64,000 nucleotides of DNA from Candidatus Doudnabacteria bacterium RIFCSPHIGHO2_01_FULL_46_14 (GTDB lineage Bacteria; Patescibacteriota; Doudnabacteria; UBA920; 2-01-FULL-46-14). Shown here one piece after another: positions 1 to 10,270 of this stretch. The stretch lies in contig MFEK01000010.1 of the NCBI GenBank assembly GCA_001779925.1, positions 19,377 through 83,376 on the forward strand. The letters are read 5' to 3'. The notes under the pieces are model-generated. The model had not been told where the DNA came from and did no database searches. It saw only the letters and a program-made list of their open reading frames with translations. Made by a program: the position numbers and the translations under genes. Positions within the stretch are counted from its first letter, which is position 1. Each line of letters begins with the position of its first letter.

Positions 1-2
1 CA

Positions 3-200
<198 letters not shown>

Positions 201-244
201 AATGGAAAAATACGCGGCCCCTAGAGGTCGCGTATTTTCTTTGA

Positions 245-955
245 TTACTGGGTCTTTTGCAGACACCAGTAGTCAGCTTTATCATCAGTTGGGGATTTCC
301 TGTGCTGAACCAACTCGATATCATAGCCCCACTCTCTGAGAAGTCGAGTCGATTCGTCCCGAGCTTGCCGCAGATACGGATAAGCTCGTTCGAGCTTTTT
401 CTCTGTCATGTTCATAGCATTCAAGGCTGCCCGCCAATCCGTTGGATGCTTACCCAGTTGCCGCCAAACTCCTTGCAACCGTTGTTTATGTTCGCCAGCT
501 TTCAGCGATTCAGCGATTCGCAATTGCACGAATCCAAACCACGGACAGTGGAATCTTGCTTCACCATCCGAAGTAATTATCCGGTTGATTTCCTGAAACA
601 ATCTCCGCGCCTGTTCTTCATTGAAGCACCACAGGTGCGGTCCGTTGCGAGAAAACAGCAACCTCACCGACTCGCTTGGCAAATCAATATTCACCAGAGC
701 GTTCATTTGCCTGAGATTTGGTGTATCTGGTGATGGCGTGACTTGACCCGCGTAGATCGAAACTATACAATCAGTCCCCATCATTTGCGCGGCCCTACCG
801 ACTTGCCCTGTGCCGCAACCAAGATCAACTACCGAGTTAGGCTCTTGGTATGTGGCTAAGGCTTCCAGGCTTAGATCCACATGACCAAGTGTGCTTTCCG
901 CATACTCTGCCAATTGCAAATCCACTAGCTGCTGAACTACCTTTGTATCCCCCAT
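245..955 (-). CDS. class I SAM-dependent methyltransferase-like protein
   Basis: VVDLGCGTG SAM-binding motif; SD-like GGAGG upstream; lies in opposite orientation between eno and gpmI. Confidence 0.6.
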   Translation of the reverse strand: MGDTKVVQQLVDLQLAEYAESTLGHVDLSLEALATYQEPNSVVDLGCGTGQVGRAAQMMGTDCIVSIYAGQVTPSPDTPNLRQMNALVNIDLPSESVRLLFSRNGPHLWCFNEEQARRLFQEINRIITSDGEARFHCPWFGFVQLRIAESLKAGEHKQRLQGVWRQLGKHPTDWRAALNAMNMTEKKLERAYPYLRQARDESTRLLREWGYDIELVQHRKSPTDDKADYWCLQKTQ

Positions 956-1020
956 CCTGAGCCTCCTTTAGAATTTTCTCAATGCATATAAAACTGAAAT
1001 TAAGATATAATAATATAACA

Positions 1021-2535
1021 ATGCCACAGTTTAAGCAAGTCATCCTTATTATTCTCGACGGCTGGGGGTATAGAGAAGATACAAAGCACAATCCTATTGC
1101 CGCGGCAAAAAAACCGTTTTTTGATTATCTCTGGAAAACCTATCCGCATGCTCTTCTGGAAGCGTCCGGCGAAGCAGTGGGATTGCCGCCGGGAACTCTC
1201 GGCGGCAGTGAGGTCGGGCATACCACCATCGGTGCTGGGCGGGCCATGGATACGGATCTGGCGCGAATCAACAAATCGTTTGCGGCAGGCGAGGCTAAAA
1301 CCAACCCGGCTTTTGCCGGTTTGTTTGAGCATGTCAAAAAACATAACTCGATCCTGCACATCCTCGGCATGGTCAGTGACAAAGGCGTTCATGCGCACCA
1401 GGAGCATTTGTTTGAATTTCTAAAAGCCGCACATGACGCCGGAATAAAAAAAATCGCGATTCATGCTTTTACGGACGGACGGGATACGCCGCCCCAGAGT
1501 TCGGATAATTATATCCGAGAGCTCGAGGATATTCTGGAAAAAATCGGTGTGGGCCGCATTGCCACAGTCTCGGGAAGATATTATGCCATGGACCGCGACA
1601 AAAATTGGGACCGTATCGAAAAGGTGGAGCACGTCATGTTTCACGGCAAAGGGCAAGCACATACCGGCCGTCCGTCCAAGGTCATCAAGATGCTTTATGA
1701 GCAGGGTCTGACTGACGAACATTTTGAGCCAATGGTGTTCGTGGATGACTCTGGTAAAAGTCTGACTGTTCAGGCAAACGACGGCTTGTTCTTTTTTAAC
1801 TATCGCCCTGACCGCGCGCGGCAAATCAGCCAAAAAATTCTCGAACGCGCTCACGCTCAGAACCTTTGCTTTGTAACCATGACTGAATACGACGAGAGTT
1901 TTCAGTGCCTGGTGGCTTTTGAAAGCAAACCTGTAGAAACCACTCTGGCTTCGGAAATTTCCAAAGCAGGGTTCACTCAGGCCCACATCGCGGAAACCGA
2001 CAAATACGCCCACCTTACATATTTTCTCAATGGCGGCCGCGAGGAACCACACGATAAAGAAGAGTTTGTGCTCGTCGATACCAGAAAAGACGTGAAAACC
2101 CATGACCTGGCTCCGGAAATGCGAGCAAGCGTTATCGCTGACGAGGCGATCGCGAGAATTAAAAATCAGGTCAATTTTATTGCCATCAATTTTGCCAATC
2201 CTGACATTGTCGGGCACAGCGGCAATTTTAAGGCCATGGTAAAAGCGATTGAAACGGTTGATGCCGAGGTTAAGAGAGTTGTGGAAGCCGCCCTCGCAAA
2301 CCACGCGGTCGTCCTAATCACCGCAGATCATGGCAACGCAGAGATTAGTCATGATGAGGAGGTTGGCCAAAATCACACCGCGCATACCTTGAGTCCAGTG
2401 CCCGTGATTTTGACAATAAAAAATCTCAAACTAAAAAACGGCACTCTGGCCGATATTGCCCCAATGATTTTGAAATTATTTAATCTACCAATCCCCTCCT
2501 CCATGACCGGATCCCCTCTTTTTCCCTCCCCTTGA
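1021..2535 (+). CDS. gpmI: 2,3-bisphosphoglycerate-independent phosphoglycerate mutase
   Basis: ILIILDGWG, SEVGH, DGRDTPP, GRYYAMDRD, TADHGNAE motifs; start set at ATG 1021. Confidence 0.97.
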   Translation: MPQFKQVILIILDGWGYREDTKHNPIAAAKKPFFDYLWKTYPHALLEASGEAVGLPPGTLGGSEVGHTTIGAGRAMDTDLARINKSFAAGEAKTNPAFAGLFEHVKKHNSILHILGMVSDKGVHAHQEHLFEFLKAAHDAGIKKIAIHAFTDGRDTPPQSSDNYIRELEDILEKIGVGRIATVSGRYYAMDRDKNWDRIEKVEHVMFHGKGQAHTGRPSKVIKMLYEQGLTDEHFEPMVFVDDSGKSLTVQANDGLFFFNYRPDRARQISQKILERAHAQNLCFVTMTEYDESFQCLVAFESKPVETTLASEISKAGFTQAHIAETDKYAHLTYFLNGGREEPHDKEEFVLVDTRKDVKTHDLAPEMRASVIADEAIARIKNQVNFIAINFANPDIVGHSGNFKAMVKAIETVDAEVKRVVEAALANHAVVLITADHGNAEISHDEEVGQNHTAHTLSPVPVILTIKNLKLKNGTLADIAPMILKLFNLPIPSSMTGSPLFPSP

Positions 2536-2560
2536 TGGGGAGGGACTGAGGAAGGGGTGA
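2524..2560. repeat. GC-rich hairpin+tail repeat (family A), single unit supplying the gpmI stop codon
   Basis: CCCTCCCC-TTGAT-GGGGAGGG-ACTGAGGAAGGGGTGA. Confidence 0.85.
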
Positions 2561-2567
2561 AAATACC

Positions 2568-2596
2568 CTATATTAGCATGTTAACACGCTAATATA
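2568..2596. promoter_or_regulatory. palindromic operator-like site, second copy of the site upstream of the TrpR-like gene
   Basis: CTATATTAGCATGTTAACACGCTA (24 bp) is identical to 30528-30551. Confidence 0.6.
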
Positions 2597-2826
2597 TCTT
2601 CTTTCTGAATTTGCGAAGATTAATTTCACAAACTCGGAAAGAGGGGCTACAACAAGAAATTGTTGAAGTAGCCCACCATAACACGATAAACCGTCGTGTC
2701 GGCGGATAGAACGTTAACGTTGACGCCAGCAGAAAAGCTCTGCACTCCTCCTGGCGCAAAAATCACCGATTCCCTACAAGCCGGACAACTCGCCAGCTCC
2801 GGAAATCTGTAAATGATTGACAGGCT

Positions 2827-4134
2827 CTACGGCGTGAGCCGGTAGAGCATCCGCGGAAACGCAATAGTCTCGCGGACGTGCTCGAGTCCGCAGATCCAAG
2901 TAACCAGCCGCTCAATTCCGGCGCCGAAACCAGAATGTGGCACTGACCCGAATTTCCGCAGATCAAGATACCACTGGAACAAAGGCTGTGGCAAAACGTG
3001 CTCTTTGAAACGTTCGACCAGCAGATCATAGCTCGAAATGCGCTGACCGCCCCCGACAATCTCTCCGTATCCTTCCGGAGCGAGTACGTCAACCGAAAGC
3101 GAAACCTCGAATCGTGTCGGATCCGGATCCATATAGAAAGCTTTGATCCCGACTGGGTGACGATGAACCATGACTGGCCGGTCGAATTCCATCGAGATGA
3201 TGGTTTCGTCGGCGCCGCCAAAGTCCCCTCCCCACTGAATTTCCGAACCATGCTTTTTCAGGATATCGATCGCCTCGTCGTATGAAATGCGAGGAAATGG
3301 TGTGGCGATTTTCTCCAGCCTGGATAGATCGCGCTCGAGCGCTTTCAGTTCTGTCGACCGGCGTTCAATTACCCGCCAGACAACAAACGTGATCATGCGC
3401 TCCGCGAGATCCATGGTATCTTCGACCGTTGCGTAGGCGACCTCCGGTTCGACCATCCAGAACTCGGTCAGGTGACGGCGTGTTTTGGATTTTTCAGCCC
3501 GGAACGTGGGTCCGAAACAATAAACTTTGCCCAGTGCCGCCGCAGTTGCTTCATTGTAAAGCTGGCCGGACTGCGTGAGAAAGGCCCTCTCGTTAAAATA
3601 ATTGACCTTAAACGGGGTCGTTGTCCCTTCGCACGTATTTGCTGAGAGAATCGGCGCATCGCAGAGCGTGAATCCATCCTCATCCAGGAAATCGCGGACC
3701 GCCTTGATGATTTCGTGCCGGATTTTCAGAATTGCTCGCTGACGGGTAGACCGGATCCAAAGATGTCGCTGATCCATCAGGAACTCGATACCGTGTTCCT
3801 TAGGCGTAATCGGGAACGGCTCTTCTGTCACCACAACCTGGTGGATCTTCAGGTCTGTGAGATCAAGCTCGTATCCGCTAGGTGCGCGCTCATCCGCGCG
3901 CACTCTACCAGTGACCTCAATAGACGACTCATGCGTCAAACTGTCAGCCGCCTCAAGAATCTCGGCCGAAACACAACGTTTAACGACAACGGCTTGGATA
4001 TAGCCGGTCCCGTCTCGAACGATTATGAACTGGATCTTACCGCCGGTTCGCTTGTTGTGCACCCAGCCGCGAATCGTGACTAGCTCGCCGTTGTGAGCAG
4101 CGATGTCTTGAATGTAAACAACGTTATCGTTCAT
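2827..4134 (-). CDS. asnS: asparagine--tRNA ligase
   Basis: OB-fold start ([14 protein letters not shown]), [40 protein letters not shown]. Confidence 0.95.
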   Translation of the reverse strand: MNDNVVYIQDIAAHNGELVTIRGWVHNKRTGGKIQFIIVRDGTGYIQAVVVKRCVSAEILEAADSLTHESSIEVTGRVRADERAPSGYELDLTDLKIHQVVVTEEPFPITPKEHGIEFLMDQRHLWIRSTRQRAILKIRHEIIKAVRDFLDEDGFTLCDAPILSANTCEGTTTPFKVNYFNERAFLTQSGQLYNEATAAALGKVYCFGPTFRAEKSKTRRHLTEFWMVEPEVAYATVEDTMDLAERMITFVVWRVIERRSTELKALERDLSRLEKIATPFPRISYDEAIDILKKHGSEIQWGGDFGGADETIISMEFDRPVMVHRHPVGIKAFYMDPDPTRFEVSLSVDVLAPEGYGEIVGGGQRISSYDLLVERFKEHVLPQPLFQWYLDLRKFGSVPHSGFGAGIERLVTWICGLEHVRETIAFPRMLYRLTP

Positions 4135-4280
4135 GTCTAAAACTCCTCCTGCTTTCTTGGAATTCTCTTCAGGTTGTATTTGCCAAAAAACGGCACCTTA
4201 AGAGACTTTAAACTATAGCACAAATACCGCAAAAAAACAAGAGCCGACGGCCGGCACAAGCGATAAATACCAAAATTATT

Positions 4281-4370
4281 CCTCCCCCTTGAGGGGGGAG
4301 GTTAGGTGGGGGTGAAAAACAACTCTTTATTACCACCCCTCCCTCAATCCCTCCCCCTCAAGGGGAGGGA
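4281..4370. repeat. family A inverted doublet (tails inward), intergenic
   Basis: CCTCCCCCTTGAGGGGGGAGG-TTAGGTGGGGGTG, about 19 nt spacer, then CACCCCTCCCTCAAT-CCCTCCCCCTCAAGGGGAGGG. Confidence 0.9.
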
Positions 4371-4481
4371 AAATACGTAGGAAAGTTTAAATTTCCCTGT
4401 TCAAAGCTAAATAAAAAGACCCACGATCGCAGCTGCGACGCGGGTCTTTTTGGAGGATACCAGGACACTGTATGGAAAGTG

Positions 4482-5252
4482 CTAGATTTTCGGCAGTTGG
4501 ATGTTTCGAACCATGCGCAGGAAACCCATGAGCCAAATCACATACCAAGCCACATCGATCTGGTAAATCCTGAGCCCATGCCGCGCAGACCACGGCCATT
4601 TGTGATGATTCCGATGCCAACCCTCTCCCCAGGCTAAAACCGCTATCCACCATTTGTTGCGCGGCCGGCCTTTGGCATGCCCGAAAGAGTTCACCGACCA
4701 AATAAAATGCCAACAAACTACCACAGCGCACATCCATGCCAAAACATCGCCGAGTCCGCCGTACCAAAAAAGCAAGCCAGCAAATATTACCGGCGGCACC
4801 CAGAATGCTCGATGCATTAGACTGTAGAATGGATCTATCATGAGTTTTGGCGCATAATGCTTTAACTCATCGTCATGCATGAGGCGATTCTTGGCATAAA
4901 CCCAACCAATGTGAGCCCACCAGAAACCATCCTTTGGCGAATGCGTATCTCCATCTTTGTCTGTATGGTCGTGATGTCTGCGGTGCGATGCGACCCAGCG
5001 CAAAGGATCCTGGAGAAGCAGAGCCGCAAAAATCACCAGCGAGTACTCAACTGGCCTTGAAGTTTTGAAGCCTCCATGCGTCAAGCCCCGGTGAAGCCAA
5101 ATGCAAGTGCCGAGACACCCACAGACAAACCAAACTGCGAAAAATTCAACTAGCCTGCGGCCGTTGAAAAAAAACGGAGCAGCGAAAGCGCCAACGTGAA
5201 ACAGTACGAGGACAAAAACAGTACCCCACTGTATTTTGGTGTCCTTCTTCAT
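4482..5252 (-). CDS. delta-9-type acyl-lipid/acyl-CoA desaturase
   Basis: Three His boxes HRGLTH, HRRHH, GEGWHRNHH plus TM segments. Confidence 0.9.
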   Translation of the reverse strand: MKKDTKIQWGTVFVLVLFHVGAFAAPFFFNGRRLVEFFAVWFVCGCLGTCIWLHRGLTHGGFKTSRPVEYSLVIFAALLLQDPLRWVASHRRHHDHTDKDGDTHSPKDGFWWAHIGWVYAKNRLMHDDELKHYAPKLMIDPFYSLMHRAFWVPPVIFAGLLFWYGGLGDVLAWMCAVVVCWHFIWSVNSFGHAKGRPRNKWWIAVLAWGEGWHRNHHKWPWSARHGLRIYQIDVAWYVIWLMGFLRMVRNIQLPKI

Positions 5253-5428
5253 CTAACCCTCCTTAAGAAATTGTTACCTTCATTATAGCAAGAATAGCTG
5301 GACACGTTGACAAAAATAAAAATTACTGGTAAGATGACGAATCGGCTTGATTATCCGACCGGTAGCCGTTGATACTAAACACTGCATGACTTGGGATATA
5401 GGTACTGCAGAAAGAAAGGATCATCTAA

Positions 5429-5512
5429 ATGATTGACGACACAAAGCCAGCCGCTACAGAAGCGACAGCAGCCGCCCCGGAACAAAAGCCGGCAGAAGCT
5501 GCGAAGGCATAA
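5429..5512 (+). CDS. putative 27-aa Ala-rich small protein
   Basis: MIDDTKPAATEATAAAPEQKPAEAAKA*; GAAAGGA SD; TTGACA-N17-TAAGAT at 5308-5336; terminator follows. Confidence 0.5.
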   Translation: MIDDTKPAATEATAAAPEQKPAEAAKA

Positions 5513-5515
5513 CTG

Positions 5516-5541
5516 AAAGCCCCTCATCGTGAGGGGCTTTT
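5516..5541. terminator. bidirectional intrinsic terminator
   Basis: AAAGCCCCTCA-TCG-TGAGGGGCTTTT. Confidence 0.8.
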
Positions 5542-6504
5542 TTATTTCTGTTTCATAATATTATTTAGAATCTTTTTGACCTTTTCGATACTGTCGAAAT
5601 CATATATGGAAATCAGCAAGACTTTCGGGTTAAGTTTTTTCAATTTCAAAATCAACTTTTTCAGGTCCTTGGCCGGCAAAACATCGCTCTTGCTGATAAA
5701 AAGATGTTCCGGTTTTTTTAACAGGGCTTTTTCGTACGCTCCGAGCTCTTTACGGATGGTTTTATAATCCCTTGTCGGATCCTTCGCCTCCGCGGAAATA
5801 AAATGAAACAAAATTTTAGTGCGCTCCACGTGCTTTAAAAATTTGATACCCAAACCTTTTCCTGTGGACGCCCCTTCAATGAGCCCGGGAATATCTGCAA
5901 GAATGAGCGTATAGTAAACTCCGAGATTTGGCTCGAGCGTTGTAAAATGATAGTTTGCTACTTTACTTTTGCTGGCCGTGAGCTCGTTGAGGAGGCTCGA
6001 TTTGCCGACATTCGGCAATCCTACAAATCCCACGTCCGCGATCATTTTCAGCTCCAGCCGGAGCTTGGCGCTTTCCCCCGGCTGGCCGAATTGAAACTGC
6101 GTAGGGCTGACATTCCTCCCCGAGCGAAACAAAAAATTTCCCTTGCCACCCTTGCCCCCCTTCGCCCACAAGGTCTTTTCTCCCACTTTTATTACTTCAT
6201 GTTTGGTACCGGTTTTGAGATTGTGAATGACTGTACCGACAGGTACCTGGAGCGTAAAATCCTTGCCTGTCGTGCCGTCAGAAAACTGCGCCCGACCGTC
6301 CTGGCCATTTTCCGCCTGGAACTTTTTTTTGAAACGGAGACGGTTCAGAGCCGACAGGTCAGATACTCCCTCGATAAAAACATTGCCGCCGCGCCCGCCG
6401 TTGCCACCAGCCGGCCCGCGTTCCATTTTGGCATTATTAAAAGCGACCGCGCCCCGGCCGCCAGCCCCGCTGGATATTTCTATTGTAATGTCGTCAATGA
6501 GCAT
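5542..6504 (-). CDS. obg: GTPase Obg/CgtA
   Basis: Gly-rich Obg fold, GLPNVGKSS, YHFTTLEPNLG, DIPGLIEGA. Confidence 0.96.
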   Translation of the reverse strand: MLIDDITIEISSGAGGRGAVAFNNAKMERGPAGGNGGRGGNVFIEGVSDLSALNRLRFKKKFQAENGQDGRAQFSDGTTGKDFTLQVPVGTVIHNLKTGTKHEVIKVGEKTLWAKGGKGGKGNFLFRSGRNVSPTQFQFGQPGESAKLRLELKMIADVGFVGLPNVGKSSLLNELTASKSKVANYHFTTLEPNLGVYYTLILADIPGLIEGASTGKGLGIKFLKHVERTKILFHFISAEAKDPTRDYKTIRKELGAYEKALLKKPEHLFISKSDVLPAKDLKKLILKLKKLNPKVLLISIYDFDSIEKVKKILNNIMKQK

Positions 6505-6617
6505 AAATAACTGTAACCTCATTATACAGGCAATCATAAAAATACGCCCAGCAGTCCAATCTTGGCCACCAGGCGTATTTTAATTTTAACGGCTCAGACG
6601 TGTCTGAGCCGTTCAGG

Positions 6618-7052
6618 TTATTTCCAAACCGCGAGAATGATGCCCATCACCAAAAGCGTGACGAGATAGTAGCTGTTGGTCAGCACCCAGAGCTTCCAGG
6701 GCTTGCCGTCCCAGAGCACATTGCCCATGGTCACCGGGGCGATGAATCCCAACCACATCCAAAAACCAGTGGAGAGTCCAGAGCTTACACCTTCTACTTT
6801 CATGTAACTTTGCGCGAACACAAGCGTGTGCGAAAGAACAAACGCCATGATGAGCGCGCCGACAAAGGCGATGAAATAGGATTTACCCATGCCTTTGCCG
6901 CCGCTTGCTTTGGCCTCGGCTATTTTCTCAGGCGTAAAGCCCATGAGCATCATCCATTGTTTGCCGAACAGCGGGCCGTACCACAAAAAGCCAAGCACCA
7001 TATTGGAAACAGCCCCAGCCATCACCGCAAAATAGTTCACCTCAATACTCAT
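6618..7052 (-). CDS. DUF1761-like membrane protein
   Basis: VNYFAV...LGFLWYGPLFGKQWM pattern, 4 TM segments. Confidence 0.8.
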   Translation of the reverse strand: MSIEVNYFAVMAGAVSNMVLGFLWYGPLFGKQWMMLMGFTPEKIAEAKASGGKGMGKSYFIAFVGALIMAFVLSHTLVFAQSYMKVEGVSSGLSTGFWMWLGFIAPVTMGNVLWDGKPWKLWVLTNSYYLVTLLVMGIILAVWK

Positions 7053-7074
7053 ATTAAAAAATGAATTATTAAGT

Positions 7075-7320
7075 CTACCGGGCCAGCTTGTTGTACAGCA
7101 ATGCCCAGATGTAGCCCACAACCCAACCAGTAACTACCAGCGTGAACAGCACGCCGAAATTGAACTGCACATTGATAGGCGCGAGATCGGCCCCCATAAA
7201 CTGAGCGTTAAACAGATACCGAAACATTTCCGGAGAGACCACAGCGATCACGTAAAACACTATGTAAAATATGGCCATGAGTCCGGCAAGCGACGCGGCA
7301 AAAGCGTTTGGTTTTAGCAT
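7075..7320 (-). CDS. small membrane protein (DUF5676-like)
   Basis: 2 TM segments ending ...ALLYNKL. Confidence 0.6.
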   Translation of the reverse strand: MLKPNAFAASLAGLMAIFYIVFYVIAVVSPEMFRYLFNAQFMGADLAPINVQFNFGVLFTLVVTGWVVGYIWALLYNKLAR

Positions 7321-7385
7321 TTTAGTTCTTGCCCCGTAGTGTCCGATCTGGATCGGACTACTACTGGGGTTCTTTTATTATTTAA

Positions 7386-7667
7386 TCAATTCGACCTTTT
7401 TTCTATTATAGCAGAGTCGCTTCTATTTTTCCGAGAAGTCATGTATCTCTGCCCTGCGAGAACGAGCCAAGCCGCGGCCACCAGGCCCGTGGAAAAAACA
7501 CTCAGCCACAGCGATAAAGAAGCATAAGTAAAAACATAAACCACCAAAATCACGCCGGTCATCAGGCTCGTTGCCAGCGGCGGCTTTTCTTTGGCACGGA
7601 TAGCGGGGATGAGCGCTATGACAAAAATCCAGGAACCGACCGAGAGCACAATGTCTTGCCACGCCAT
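7386..7667 (-). CDS. small 3-TM membrane protein
   Basis: Hydrophobic ORF in the same-strand gene run. Confidence 0.65.
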   Translation of the reverse strand: MAWQDIVLSVGSWIFVIALIPAIRAKEKPPLATSLMTGVILVVYVFTYASLSLWLSVFSTGLVAAAWLVLAGQRYMTSRKNRSDSAIIEKRSN

Positions 7668-7668
7668 A

Positions 7669-8076
7669 TTATAACTCTCTTACGGATTTATTTTCACCCC
7701 GCAATTCCTCCAAAACTTTCTTGGAGATTTCTGCAAGATTGAGATCGCTCTTGATCCAAAGCTTTACACCTGGAACTTCGGAAATTCTCACGGTGATGCT
7801 GCTGTCGCTGAGATTAGTCAAAACTATAGCCTTTAAATTTTTGCCGCTAGCGTCTTCTCGGATTTTTTTGAGCATAGTAATCCCATCCATCACCGGCATG
7901 AGCATATCCGTCAGGATCAGATCCGGCCTTTCCGCAAGCGCGGCTTCCAGGCCTTCCTCGCCATTGCGCGCGGCCGCAACCTGAAGGCCCGATTGGCGCA
8001 ATTCCCTGGTTATGAGCTCGAGAAGTTCGATTTCATCTTCGACAATTAAAATTTTTTTCCCTAGCACCGCTCGCAT
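7669..8076 (-). CDS. single-domain response regulator (receiver)
   Basis: KILIVEDE, PDLILTDMLMPVMDG, LTN. Confidence 0.9.
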   Translation of the reverse strand: MRAVLGKKILIVEDEIELLELITRELRQSGLQVAAARNGEEGLEAALAERPDLILTDMLMPVMDGITMLKKIREDASGKNLKAIVLTNLSDSSITVRISEVPGVKLWIKSDLNLAEISKKVLEELRGENKSVREL

Positions 8077-8079
8077 AAA

Positions 8080-8505
8080 TTAGTCCTTTTTACCTCCTGG
8101 CTCCTGAATCGGCGGAGCTTCGCAGCCGTAAGATTTCAGAACTCTGCAAACGAGTCCGTAGAGTTCCTCAAAACTCGCGCTCTTGTGGATATACGCATCA
8201 AGACCGAGCTCTTTCCAAAATTTCTGCGCTTCTATCGATACATCCTCGTTCGTCAGCAAAATCACCGGCAAATTTTTCGTCGGCTCCTCGCTTTTGAGAT
8301 AGCTTGTAACCTTGAGTCCGTCAAATATCGGCATCCGGTAATCAAGCATAACCAGCTCCGGCATCAGTCGCCTGGCCATTTCCCGCGCTTCATTACCATC
8401 ACTGGCATAGATAACCTCAAAGCCGTGGCGGGCCAGCTCCCCGCCGATTATCCGGCGCATAATCTGGTCATCATCCGCATAAAGAATATGAACTTTTTCA
8501 ACCAT
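8080..8505 (-). CDS. single-domain response regulator (receiver)
   Basis: HILYADDD, MLDYRMPIFDG, LLTN, YIHK. Confidence 0.9.
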   Translation of the reverse strand: MVEKVHILYADDDQIMRRIIGGELARHGFEVIYASDGNEAREMARRLMPELVMLDYRMPIFDGLKVTSYLKSEEPTKNLPVILLTNEDVSIEAQKFWKELGLDAYIHKSASFEELYGLVCRVLKSYGCEAPPIQEPGGKKD

Positions 8506-8507
8506 GC

Positions 8508-9362
8508 CTACAGTCTAGCTGATAGACCCAAAAATTCCAATTGTTCTTTAACGAGCGGCCAAACACAGTCGGCAAGCTCTCTTTGTCCCTCGGCTGACGG
8601 ATGCCAGCCGTCAATAGTAGTAACATGTTCCAAAGAATCTGCGGAAAGCCGCGAGAGAATGTCAGAATAGACGATTCGCAATTTTCCGCCTCCATATTGA
8701 TTTTCACAAAACCCTGCGCCTCGCTCCAGCTCTTTATTCATCATGTCAGCCAATTTGACCGTATGTTCCTTGTACTCGGGACGCATTGCAGGAAACATTT
8801 TGTATCCTTTTTCAAAATGGGGAAACAATGCTGGATTTTGTTCCTTAGCAGTTCCGGCCATCTCACGTATTTGAAATAAAGCACGGATGCTGATGAACCC
8901 TAAAACTATTATCACTGCTCGTTTATTTTCCTTTACCGCCCGCTGGCAAAGCCTTTCCAACTGCTTTTGAAAATCTTCTCGAAAATTCGCAATGATTTTT
9001 ACAAAATCATGGTCTTTTTTGATGAGCCAGTTAAGGTCATTGTGCCCGATCCAAACGACGGTCATATCCGGAAATTCGCCGAGTGCCAAAAGCTCGCTGG
9101 TTTGCGTTTCCATATTTTTGATATGAAATAATTTATCGAGAAAATGGCCGAATATTTTGTCTGCCAGTTTCGAGCCGGCACTGCTGAAATTATGAGCTTT
9201 AACCGGAATGTTCTTCTCTATACGCTTGATGATTTCGGAAAACCAGCTGTTTTTCTCTGCCAGCCACATTCGAAAAAACATGTCAACATCAGTGGAAATA
9301 TGAAAACCGGCAGTGACGCTGTCCCCGATCGCCGCGATTTTGAGTCCGCGATTCAGTTTCAT
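8508..9362 (-). CDS. SGNH/GDSL hydrolase
   Basis: IGDSVTAG, IGHND, DGWHPS; ATG at 9362 overlaps the upstream stop. Confidence 0.85.
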   Translation of the reverse strand: MKLNRGLKIAAIGDSVTAGFHISTDVDMFFRMWLAEKNSWFSEIIKRIEKNIPVKAHNFSSAGSKLADKIFGHFLDKLFHIKNMETQTSELLALGEFPDMTVVWIGHNDLNWLIKKDHDFVKIIANFREDFQKQLERLCQRAVKENKRAVIIVLGFISIRALFQIREMAGTAKEQNPALFPHFEKGYKMFPAMRPEYKEHTVKLADMMNKELERGAGFCENQYGGGKLRIVYSDILSRLSADSLEHVTTIDGWHPSAEGQRELADCVWPLVKEQLEFLGLSARL

Positions 9363-9727
9363 TGATCCAAAAATACGCTCTTGTATTTTTTGCAGATAAA
9401 ATACGCGGGCAGGATGAACATCAGAAAATGCCCCAGGAGGAAAAACACAGTCACCCAGCCGAGTAGGTGATGCTGGATAAAATACATGGCCTGAAGGATG
9501 ACGGCCGGAGTGGCAGAGATCACTGTGGCCAGCGCAAAATGAGTGGTGATAAATTTCCGGAAAACCAGATACCCGACAAACGCCCACAGCGCGCCGTAAA
9601 AAATCTTGTGCGGGAAATACTCGAACGGCACGGAAAACCGGGCATCCATTTGGTGGACAATGTAATCAATCACTGTACCGAGGCTGATGATTATTAAAAT
9701 TAGACCAATTCTTTTAAGCCAGATCAT
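9359..9727 (-). CDS. 4-TM membrane protein
   Basis: Hydrophobic ORF coupled to the SGNH gene. Confidence 0.7.
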   Translation of the reverse strand: MIWLKRIGLILIIISLGTVIDYIVHQMDARFSVPFEYFPHKIFYGALWAFVGYLVFRKFITTHFALATVISATPAVILQAMYFIQHHLLGWVTVFFLLGHFLMFILPAYFICKKYKSVFLDQ

Positions 9728-9730
9728 AAG

Positions 9731-10255
9731 CTAATTTGTCACCACCACCGAACCGGTCATTGACGGATGAAAAGCGCATTTATAAGTAAATGTTCCCATG
9801 CTTCCAAAAGTAAAGCTATATTTACCGCCTTGGTTCAAGGTCGGACTATTGAGACCTCCATCTCCTGTCACAGTGTGCGGCGCGCTGTCCTGGTTGGTCC
9901 AGACCACAGTGTCGCCCTTTTTGATTGTGATCGAGGCAGGCCCAAAAGCAAAATTGGCAATGCTCACCGCGCGCGTTTGCGGCGCGCTGGCAGGAGGAGG
10001 CGGTGGAGGTATGGGCTTCGGATTCGGCGCGGCTGGAAGCGCGGGATTGGGATTTGTCGGAGATGGATTCTGGCTCGGAGAAGTTGCTGGTGGAGGTGTG
10101 GTTGGAGTCGGTGAAGTTGTCGAAGGTGACGGCGAAACAGAATGATCCGTCTGTTCTTCTTGTGGTGAGCCTGTCGAACCATTATTAATAAAGTAGAGCA
10201 CTCCGGCAGCTCCTAGAACTATGACAATAACTCCTGCAAAAAATTTGGAATTCAT
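9731..10255 (-). CDS. membrane-anchored cupredoxin (plastocyanin/amicyanin-like) with Pro/Ser/Thr linker
   Basis: WTNQDSAPHTVT and YKCAFHPSMTG type-1 copper ligands. Confidence 0.9.
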   Translation of the reverse strand: MNSKFFAGVIVIVLGAAGVLYFINNGSTGSPQEEQTDHSVSPSPSTTSPTPTTPPPATSPSQNPSPTNPNPALPAAPNPKPIPPPPPPASAPQTRAVSIANFAFGPASITIKKGDTVVWTNQDSAPHTVTGDGGLNSPTLNQGGKYSFTFGSMGTFTYKCAFHPSMTGSVVVTN

Positions 10256-10270
10256 ACTGTTTGTATTATA

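Noticed and set aside
4281-4370. Family A units as plain intrinsic terminators
   Set aside because: They lack U-tracts, carry a conserved G-rich tail and occur inside coding sequences.
9980-10140. Pro-rich stretch in the cupredoxin as a family A insertion
   Set aside because: The DNA lacks the CCCTCCC/GGGAGGG hairpin; it is an ordinary low-complexity linker.
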